From an uncultured Deferribacteres bacterium (GTDB lineage: Bacteria; Zhuqueibacterota; Zhuqueibacteria; Zhuqueibacterales; Geothermadaptataceae): 24,256 nucleotides of DNA. Below, piece by piece: positions 16,483 to 24,076 of this stretch (position 1 is its first letter; the number at the start of each line of letters is the position of its first letter). Where the stretch lies: positions 1 to 24,256 of the forward strand of contig CAXHAT010000122.1 in assembly GCA_964014485.1 (NCBI GenBank), read 5' to 3'. The notes under the pieces were generated by a model, which did not search any database, was not told where the DNA came from, and saw nothing but the letters and a program-made list of their open reading frames with translations. The position numbers were made by a program, and so were the translations under genes.

Positions 16483-16941
16483 ATGAAAATCAGCAAAATC
16501 TTGTGCCCGGTAGATTTTTCGGATTCATCGTCAGAAGCGTTGAAATACGCCGCTTTTTTGGCCGAAAAGCACGAAGCGGAAATGTTTCTCCTGCACGTCA
16601 TCGAGCATTTTCACCATTCGGATGATTACATGATTCTGGCGATGACTTCGAAAGAAGCCTACGAAAAATGGGAAGAAGAAGCTGAGATCAAGCTGGAAAC
16701 TTTGGAAGCGGAGTTCGGACAGAAAGTTAAGATGACTCACGACATTCGCGAAGGGAAGGCGTTTATCGAGATCATTCGTGCGGCAAAGGAAGAAAACGCC
16801 GATCTCATCGTTATGGGAAGTCACGGCCGCACCTTCTTGCCGCAAATTTTGATTGGCAGCGTTGCTGAAAAAGTCGTTCGCAAGGCGCGCTGTCCCGTGT
16901 TGATCGTTAGAAACGCCGAAGCGGAATTCGAATTGCCGTAA
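16483..16941 (+). CDS. Universal stress protein (UspA family, 152 aa)
   Basis: AAGGAGG RBS before ATG 16483. Motifs KILCPVDFS and ADLIVMGSHGRT...IGSVAEKVVRKARCPVLIVR. Confidence 0.95.
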   Translation: MKISKILCPVDFSDSSSEALKYAAFLAEKHEAEMFLLHVIEHFHHSDDYMILAMTSKEAYEKWEEEAEIKLETLEAEFGQKVKMTHDIREGKAFIEIIRAAKEENADLIVMGSHGRTFLPQILIGSVAEKVVRKARCPVLIVRNAEAEFELP

Positions 16942-17091
16942 GAGCATCGATATTCACTGCCATGCTGCAAAGAAGGTAACCGTTCGGTTTGTCATGCTGA
17001 AAAAGCTTAAGAGGGTCATAGAAGCCCATTAGCTTCGCTCTTCAGGATACTCTGGCGAATTCCAGATCGTTCAGTCCTGACTGCCCGGGCG

Positions 17092-17228
17092 TCTCATTAG
17101 CCGCGCGCTTCAGCGCGTGGACCCGGTCGGACGCTCTTCTATTTCTGCCGCCGAGTTAACTCGGCGGCAGAAAAAGCGAAGGGTAAGCTTGCACTCATGC
17201 CTACGCGCTGAAGCGCGCAGTTAATAAA
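17092..17228. repeat. Triple-hairpin REP/REPIN-like element, TCTCATTA family copy 2
   Basis: 17092..17120 is identical (29 bp) to 24092..24120. Perfect 32-bp palindrome at 17142..17173. Right arm CTACGCGCTGAAGCGCGCAGTTAATAAA. Confidence 0.85.
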
Positions 17229-17279
17229 AGTGTCGCGCCATTTACATTCTCCGTGAATTGTGAATTCGCCAACAGTATC

Positions 17280-17319
17280 CTTCAGAGCGGAGATTTTTGA
17301 AGACGCTGCTGATGAGACG
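17280..17319. repeat. Truncated fragment of the TCTCATTA family
   Basis: 17280..17304 CTTCAGAGCGGAGATTTTTGAAGAC is identical to 7064..7088. It is followed by the right-end-like sequence GCTGATGAGACG. Confidence 0.75.
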
Positions 17320-17441
17320 ATGTTCGCCCCCAAGACTCAGGATGTGCATTGCCGCGCGTAGCATCAGACAGTGGAACGCACACGCGATATTCGCGAAGGA
17401 AAAACGTTTGCGGAGATCATCACGGGCGAGGGAGAAAAGCG

Positions 17442-18776
17442 ATGAAATCTGGAATAACAAAAATGCAAACTGGTACAAAAAAAAGCCTCTCGCACAAAGA
17501 AGCCAACGCGGAATTACGGAAAAAAGCCAAAGAATTGGAGAAGAAAACCTACGCTTTGGGCAAGGCAAACGTACAGCTTCTGGCGATGCAAGAAGCGTTG
17601 CAGGAAAGCGAGGAGCGCTTCCGCAATCTTGTGGAAAACGCAAACGACACCATTTACACCGTGACTTTCGATTCCGAGCTCTCTTACGTTTCTCCAAACT
17701 GGACCAATCTTTTAGGGCATGAAGTCTCAGAAGTCATCGGAAAACCAATCGCCGAGTTCCTGCACCCGGACGATCTTCCTAGATGTCAGGCGTTCCTGCA
17801 AAAAATGCTCGATACCGGCGAGAAGCAGAGCGGCATCGAATACCGGGTAAAGCACAAAAACGGCGAATGGCAATGGCACAGATCGAACGCTTCGATATTG
17901 CGAGACGCGAGAGGGAAGATGCTGTGTTTTATGGGCATAGCGCGCGACATCACAGAGAGAAGACGCTTTCTCGAAGAGCTTGAAAAAACCAATCGACATT
18001 TGCGCGAAACGCAGGCAAAATTGGTTCAATCAGAAAAGATGGCCGCCTTGGGGAACCTGGTCGCCGGAATCGCCCACGAGATCAATTCGCCCGTCGGCGC
18101 GATTCACAGCATGCATGATACGCTTGCGCGCGCAGTCGAAAAATTGCGGTCGCTTCTCCGGCAAGCGTGTTCGGAGGAATTCGCCCGGAATAAAAAAATG
18201 CACGCCGCTTTGCGTGCAATTGATAATTCGAACAGAGTCATTGAAATCGCCAGTGACCGAGTGTCGAATATTGTAAAAAGATTGAAAAGCTTCGCAAGGC
18301 TGGATGAAGCCGAGCTGGATTTCGTTGATTTGCATGAAGGGATCGAAGATACATTGATGCTCGTCAATCACTTGACTGAAAAGAGAATTTCGGTGAAAAA
18401 AAACTACGCATCTCTGCCTATGATCGCCTGCTTCCCGAGGCGGCTGAATCAGGTTTTTTTGAATTTAATCGTCAACGCCTGCCAAGCCATAAAAGAAGCC
18501 GGCGAGGTCAGAATTACCACGGCCTTTAAAAGCGACAAGGTCTACGTTGAATTTGAAGATGACGGCGTCGGCATTCCGCCAGGCATGATTGCTAAAATAT
18601 TCGATCCCGGCTTTACGACAAAGGGCGTCGGCGTAGGTGTCGGCCTGGGCCTGTCAATTTGTTACCGGATCATTCAGGACCACAAAGGCGAGATACTCGT
18701 TTCGAGCGAAACGGATAAGGGAACCAAATTCACGGTTGTGCTGCCGACCAACCTCGACGAAATTCTGACGCGATGA
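17442..18776 (+). CDS. Cytoplasmic PAS/PAC sensor histidine kinase (NtrB-like)
   Basis: GGGAG RBS before ATG 17442. PAS entry ESEERFRNLVENAND, LHPDD, PAC ARDITER. H-box AGIAHEINSP, N-box LNQVFLNLIVNA, G1 DDGVGI, FDPGFTTK, G2 GVGLGL. No TM segment. Confidence 0.95.
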   Translation: MKSGITKMQTGTKKSLSHKEANAELRKKAKELEKKTYALGKANVQLLAMQEALQESEERFRNLVENANDTIYTVTFDSELSYVSPNWTNLLGHEVSEVIGKPIAEFLHPDDLPRCQAFLQKMLDTGEKQSGIEYRVKHKNGEWQWHRSNASILRDARGKMLCFMGIARDITERRRFLEELEKTNRHLRETQAKLVQSEKMAALGNLVAGIAHEINSPVGAIHSMHDTLARAVEKLRSLLRQACSEEFARNKKMHAALRAIDNSNRVIEIASDRVSNIVKRLKSFARLDEAELDFVDLHEGIEDTLMLVNHLTEKRISVKKNYASLPMIACFPRRLNQVFLNLIVNACQAIKEAGEVRITTAFKSDKVYVEFEDDGVGIPPGMIAKIFDPGFTTKGVGVGVGLGLSICYRIIQDHKGEILVSSETDKGTKFTVVLPTNLDEILTR

Positions 18777-18812
18777 ACGCATTGGCTCTTTAATTAAACA
18801 AGGAGTAACATC

Positions 18813-19982
18813 ATGAAAAATAACACAATTCTTATTCTGGGCGGCTACGGCGCTTCCGGCAGGCCGCTGGCGCGACTTATTTTGCAGGAGACGGAGGCGG
18901 AGGTCATCGTTGCGGGGCGGCATATCCACAAAGCGGAAGAATTCGCGGCGGCTTTAAACGCAGCGTTCCCAGGCGACCGCGCTTACGCCAGATTTGCCGA
19001 TGCCGGAGATCCTAAAAGCTTGGCGGCGGCGTTTCAGCACGCGAGAATGGTGGTCGTGACCGCGACGACGCCGATGTACGCGGAACAAGTCGCACGCGCC
19101 GCTCTGCAAGCCGACTGCGACTATCTTGATATTCTTTTGCAGCAAGACGTCATTTCCGCGCTGGAAACATTGTCGCCGGAAATCAGAAAAGCCGAGCGCA
19201 TTTTCATTGCCCAGGGCGGACTTCACCCGGGGCTGATTGCGCCGTTTATCCGCCACGCAGCGCCGTATTTCGACGATTATCAGAAGGCCGCTGTCGGCAT
19301 GGCGATGAACGCGCGGATTGAAACCCCTGAATCGATGCACGAACTTATTCGTGAACTTGGCGATTATAAGCCGGAAATTTTCAGAGCCGGGAGCTGGAGA
19401 AAAGCGACTTATAAAGATATGATTAAGCTCGACTTCGGCCCGAAATTCGGCGTCAAAAAATGCTATCCGCTGCCAATGGCCGAAGTGCGGCCGCTCCCCG
19501 AGGTTTTCGATTTGAAAGAAACCGGCGTTTACGCGGCGGGCTTCAATTGGTTTGTCGACAACGTCGTTTTTCCGCTGGCGATGGCTTTCCAAAAAACCAG
19601 GAAAGGCATGGGCGTGAATTTTCTTGGCAAGCTGATGCGCTGGGGCTTGAATACGTTTTCATCGCCGGATCAGGGCGTTGTGCTCCTTTTGGAAGCGGAA
19701 GGTCTCAAGGACGGCCGGGCGAGGCGGGTCAGAATGACCGCCGAGCACGACGACGCCTATTTCCTGACCGCGGCTCCTGTCGCGGCTTGCTTGATACAAT
19801 ATTTGGATAATACGCTCAGCTACCCCGGCCTGTGGTTGATGGGAAATTACGTCGATCACGTTCGATTGATCGATGACCTTGAAAAAATGGGCGTCGAAAT
19901 AAATGTCGAAGTCGATGGACGGGATTCTCGGCGTGAGTCTGAGTCGGAGTTAGACCCGAAGCCGTTCAACGTGCTTACGTAA
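18813..19982 (+). CDS. Saccharopine dehydrogenase-family NAD(P)-dependent oxidoreductase
   Basis: AAGGAG RBS. Motifs ILILGGYGASG, VIVAGR, CDYLDI and GGLHPGL. Substrate unknown. Confidence 0.85.
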   Translation: MKNNTILILGGYGASGRPLARLILQETEAEVIVAGRHIHKAEEFAAALNAAFPGDRAYARFADAGDPKSLAAAFQHARMVVVTATTPMYAEQVARAALQADCDYLDILLQQDVISALETLSPEIRKAERIFIAQGGLHPGLIAPFIRHAAPYFDDYQKAAVGMAMNARIETPESMHELIRELGDYKPEIFRAGSWRKATYKDMIKLDFGPKFGVKKCYPLPMAEVRPLPEVFDLKETGVYAAGFNWFVDNVVFPLAMAFQKTRKGMGVNFLGKLMRWGLNTFSSPDQGVVLLLEAEGLKDGRARRVRMTAEHDDAYFLTAAPVAACLIQYLDNTLSYPGLWLMGNYVDHVRLIDDLEKMGVEINVEVDGRDSRRESESELDPKPFNVLT

Positions 19983-20229
19983 AAACACGGCGAAGCGGTT
20001 TGACAACTCAGGGCTGGAAATTTTGAACTCATTTTATTCCGGACTGGAACCAGACGGCGGCGGTCAGTCAACCTTGCCGCTTAACACAGAGACGCAAAGA
20101 CCGGAGAGCTTCGCGGAGTTCTTTTGTCGAGTGTAGCAGAAAATAACTGAACAGGCACAAGGGAGTTAAATAAAATTCAACCTCGGTCTCTCTGGACGTG
20201 AAAAAAAATCAAAACGAAAGGAGGACGTC

Positions 20230-21174
20230 ATGAATACAAAAATCAAACTTTTGCTGGCTGGATTTGCTGCCGCCCTTTTTTGGATCGGCGGCTGCGATTC
20301 GGATTCGCCTTTTGCGCCCGGCGGCATTGATATTTCGAAGCTGGAAGGAAAAATTGTCTTCGTCGCCCCGGCGGACGACAATACGGAAAGCGGTTACACG
20401 TATCAATACGAGGCTTACGTCATGGACGCCGACGGCGGAAATGTGAAGCGAATCACGTACACGCCAATCGTTTATCAATACTCAAAAGATCGCAAAGACG
20501 ACATTTGCTGGTCGCCCGACGGGACGCAGATAATCTATTCCGGCGGGGATCGCATCCAACTCATGGAAGCCGACGGAAAGGGGAATCACCAGATTATTTA
20601 CAATTTCGATGGCGCCCTGAATCCGTGCTGGAATCCGGACGGTTCCAAATTGATGTACCGAACTTCGGGCGGCGACTTGTACATTCGCGAGTTCTCTGGC
20701 GGCCTGATCAAATTCACGTTTGAAGACAACCTTTCCGTCAGCGTTCACAACCCGGCCTGGTCGCCCGACGGGCAAAAGATCGCATTTGCAAGCGCTTTCG
20801 AAGGCGATTTCGATATTTACGTGGTAAACATTGACGGAACCGGCCTGACCAACCTGACTAACAGTCCCGGCGGCGACGGGCAGCCCAGATGGTCGCCCGA
20901 CGGAACTAAAATCGCTTTCTATCACGGCGAAGGCGTTGGCCAGACAAACATTTATGTGATGGATGCGGACGGCGGCAATCAGATCAAAATCACGGATTGC
21001 CCTCGCGGCGACATGGCTTTTCATCCGTCGTGGTCAAGGGACGGCAGCAAGATCGCCTTTCGGAGCGGCGCAGGCATTTATGTGGTGAATGCAGACGGAA
21101 CACACGCGACGAAAATCTACATGCACAAAACCGAAGCTCCCTCCGGCCAAGTGTCTTCGTTTGACTGGCATTGA
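20230..21174 (+). CDS. TolB-like (PD40/WD40-like) beta-propeller lipoprotein
   Basis: GGAGGA RBS. Lipobox-like LFWIGG|C at Cys22. Five W(S/N)(P/R)DG repeats with IYVMDADG-like strands. No TolB N-terminal domain and no pal/tolA context. Confidence 0.88.
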   Translation: MNTKIKLLLAGFAAALFWIGGCDSDSPFAPGGIDISKLEGKIVFVAPADDNTESGYTYQYEAYVMDADGGNVKRITYTPIVYQYSKDRKDDICWSPDGTQIIYSGGDRIQLMEADGKGNHQIIYNFDGALNPCWNPDGSKLMYRTSGGDLYIREFSGGLIKFTFEDNLSVSVHNPAWSPDGQKIAFASAFEGDFDIYVVNIDGTGLTNLTNSPGGDGQPRWSPDGTKIAFYHGEGVGQTNIYVMDADGGNQIKITDCPRGDMAFHPSWSRDGSKIAFRSGAGIYVVNADGTHATKIYMHKTEAPSGQVSSFDWH

Positions 21175-21221
21175 AACAACAGAGACGCTGTTGTTTCGAT
21201 GTTTTTGTAAGGAGGTGCATC

Positions 21222-23993
21222 ATGAGAAGATTGAAACTCAAGATCGCCGCACTGTTATTTGCGGGTTGCTGCGTTGTTTTCGCTGCGGCGCAAGAGCGGA
21301 GCGAATTTTCGAATCAAGAAGAATCGATTAAATCGAATGATCTCAAACGGTTTGATGATAGAAAAACCAAAGCTGCGCATCTGACGATTCCCGATTTTCA
21401 GGTAAATGAAAACGCCGGCGGCAGTCTTGTGGAAAACAAAGACCCGGTTATCGCGACAAACGCCAACGGCGAAACGGTCATCGCCTGGCTGGACGGACGC
21501 AACGGATCGTACTGGAATTTCGATATTTACGCTCAGCGCTTTGCAAGCGACGGTTCTGTGCAAGGTGAAAATTTCAAAGTGAATGACAAGGACATCTTCT
21601 ACTCGTCCTCTCTTTCCGCGGCAATTGACGACAACGGGGATTTTGTCATCGTGTGGGGGGTTGATCATCGTGACGGGCGTTACGATATTTACGGGCAGCG
21701 TTTCTCTAACACAGGCGCGCCGCTTAGCGCCAATTTCGTCGTGAAAAATGATGGCCTGGGAGCGTCCCGATACAGTCCGCGCGTTTCTTCAAACGGCGGC
21801 GGGGAATTTGTGGTGGTTTGGCGGGACGAGCGCAGCGGAAATTCGGATATTTACGCGCAACAATATCAAAACGACGGAACGGCAATCAGGGGAAATTTCA
21901 AGGTAAACGATGATCACGGAATCCAGTGGCAAGGATTGCCGGTCGTTACCGTTGCGGACAACGGCGGCTTCGTCGTTGCCTGGGCGGACGACCGAAAGGG
22001 AGCGCCCAGCTCGGATATTTTCGCACAACGATTCAGCCCGGAAGGGTCGGAGATAGGCGACAATTTTCAGGTTAACGACGATTTCGGATCGCGGTGGCAA
22101 TGGGCGCCGGATATTTGTTCGGACAAAGCCGGGAATTTTATCATCGCCTGGCGAGACGAACGTCGAGAAGAATTCGATTTTGACGTCTACGCTCAACGGT
22201 ACACACAAGACGGCGCGGCGATTGGAAGAAATTTTATTGTCAACACGGCAAAACTTGGCTACGGGCTCAAGTCGGGCTCCGTATCCGTGACAATGGATGC
22301 GCAGGGCGACTTTGTCATCACCTGGGAGGACGACTGGAATGATATTTACGCCCAACGCTATTTGAAAGACGGCTCTGCTTCAGGTAAAAATTTCAAAATC
22401 AATGACAATTCAACTGGCGCATGGCTCCACGAGCGCCCGTCGGCGGCATGTGACAGCAATGGAAATTTTGTTATAGCCTGGAGCGCAGCCGACGGAGATT
22501 TCCATTCCTACTATCAAGCGGACGTCCTTGCCCAGCGTTTCGATAGCGACGGCGGCGCGATTGGGAGCAATTTCATCGTCAATGACGATTTCGGGAATTC
22601 GCTGCAAACCGAGCCCGCCGTTGCGCATGGCGACAGCGGCGGCTTTGTGATTGCCTGGGCCGACAACCGCAATTTGGGCAGTGACATTTACGCGCAGCGA
22701 TTCTCAAGCGACGGCGGCATGATCGGCAATAATTTCAATGTTAATGACGATATTGGCATGTCCGGGCATTGGTCTCCGGAAATCGCGGTTGCGAAAAGCG
22801 GCGACTTTATGATCGCCTGGAGCCGCTATTCTGACACGCCCGGTGATATACTGGCGCAACTCTATTCACATGACGGCGCTGCCGTTGGCGGCAATTTTCG
22901 AGTGAACGACGAGGGGGAAAAGAGTTCTTTCGATTCTCCTTCCATTGCCGTAGACGGAAGCGGGACTTTTGTCATTTCCTGGTCAAGCTATGCCAATGAT
23001 CACGACGCCGTTTTTGTCCAACGCTATCTGCAAGACGGCAGCGCGCTTGGAAGCAATTTTGAAGTGAACGACTCAGAATCAGAATGGCGAAGAAATGCCG
23101 TTGTTGCGACGGCGTTTGGCGGAGATTTTATCATTGCATGGACGGACGGGCGAAACGGCGGCGGGGACGTCTATGTTCAAAGGTTTGACAGCAGCGGCGT
23201 TGCAATTGGAGAAAACTTCCAAGCCAATGATACGCGACAAGGGCGGCAACGCAATCCATCGATTGCAAGCGACAGCATCGGAAATTTCGTTGTCGTCTGG
23301 GATGATGGGCGGAATGAAAATCACTGGCCGGATATTTACGCGCAGCGCTATGCGAAGGACGGTTCGCCAATTGGCGCCAATTTCAAGGTTGATGAAAACG
23401 ATGCGGACGCAGCGCAGAGAAATCCCGTCGTCGCCTGCGACGAAGGCGGAAATTTCATCATTGCTTGGCAAGAGTCGAGAGCTGGTGACGAAGATTGTTT
23501 TGCCCAGCGTTATTCAAGCGACGGAACGCCGATAGGCCGCAATTTCCGAATGACAAGCTCAGGCGAAAAACAGCAGCGCGCGCCTGCCGTGAAATTGTGG
23601 AACGACCGAATTTTTTGCGCTTGGGAAGACAATAAGGCGGGCGGCACGGCTTACGACATTTGGGCGAACGTACAGGATTGGAACAACCCCGTCGGCCTCG
23701 GAGAGCGCGAAGAGCTGCAAATTCCAACGACATTCACGCTTTTTCAAAACTTCCCCAACCCCTTCAATCCAACAACGACCATCGTCTTTCATCTGCCGAA
23801 ATCTGAATTCACGACCCTGACCATTTTCAACACTTTGGGGCGGGAAGTCGCCGTACTTGTTTCAGAAGAGCTTCCGGCGGGAGAATATCGTTTCACCTGG
23901 CGGGCGCCGGAAGGCCTGGCCAGCGGCGTGTATGCGTACCGTTTAACTGCCGGCGGTTTTACTCTCGTGCGCAAGATGATTTTGCTGCGGTGA
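21222..23993 (+). CDS. Secreted repeat (double beta-propeller-like) protein with T9SS-type CTD (923 aa)
   Basis: AAGGAGG RBS before ATG 21222. Signal peptide ...VVFAAA|Q. Fourteen ~55-aa repeats P.(I/V)A....G.FVIAW.D.R....DIYAQRF..DG...G.NF.VND. CTD FTLFQNFPNPFNP...RKMILLR. Confidence 0.9.
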   Translation: MRRLKLKIAALLFAGCCVVFAAAQERSEFSNQEESIKSNDLKRFDDRKTKAAHLTIPDFQVNENAGGSLVENKDPVIATNANGETVIAWLDGRNGSYWNFDIYAQRFASDGSVQGENFKVNDKDIFYSSSLSAAIDDNGDFVIVWGVDHRDGRYDIYGQRFSNTGAPLSANFVVKNDGLGASRYSPRVSSNGGGEFVVVWRDERSGNSDIYAQQYQNDGTAIRGNFKVNDDHGIQWQGLPVVTVADNGGFVVAWADDRKGAPSSDIFAQRFSPEGSEIGDNFQVNDDFGSRWQWAPDICSDKAGNFIIAWRDERREEFDFDVYAQRYTQDGAAIGRNFIVNTAKLGYGLKSGSVSVTMDAQGDFVITWEDDWNDIYAQRYLKDGSASGKNFKINDNSTGAWLHERPSAACDSNGNFVIAWSAADGDFHSYYQADVLAQRFDSDGGAIGSNFIVNDDFGNSLQTEPAVAHGDSGGFVIAWADNRNLGSDIYAQRFSSDGGMIGNNFNVNDDIGMSGHWSPEIAVAKSGDFMIAWSRYSDTPGDILAQLYSHDGAAVGGNFRVNDEGEKSSFDSPSIAVDGSGTFVISWSSYANDHDAVFVQRYLQDGSALGSNFEVNDSESEWRRNAVVATAFGGDFIIAWTDGRNGGGDVYVQRFDSSGVAIGENFQANDTRQGRQRNPSIASDSIGNFVVVWDDGRNENHWPDIYAQRYAKDGSPIGANFKVDENDADAAQRNPVVACDEGGNFIIAWQESRAGDEDCFAQRYSSDGTPIGRNFRMTSSGEKQQRAPAVKLWNDRIFCAWEDNKAGGTAYDIWANVQDWNNPVGLGEREELQIPTTFTLFQNFPNPFNPTTTIVFHLPKSEFTTLTIFNTLGREVAVLVSEELPAGEYRFTWRAPEGLASGVYAYRLTAGGFTLVRKMILLR
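21393..23682 (+). repeat. 14 intragenic repeats of ~160-180 nt
   Basis: Counted in the translation. GATATTTACGC.CA.CG and AATTT.A..GT.AA.GA recur at DNA level. Confidence 0.85.
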
Positions 23994-24076
23994 GAACCGT
24001 CACGTCGAAAACAAGCGCCGTCCGTTTCGGAGCATGAGATAACGCGGCGGCGCTATTTTAAAGCGAGACAATTAAT

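Noticed and set aside
16354..17441. Extended ORF-track starts (5142, 7237, 10196, 11607, 16354, 17349, 21171)
   Set aside because: Downstream ATGs have better RBS, signal-peptide or paralog support, and several extensions run into neighbouring genes or repeats.
24014..24060. Rho-independent terminator after the last CDS
   Set aside because: The AGCGCCG/CGGCGCT stem has a long irregular loop and only a short T tract, which is too weak to call.
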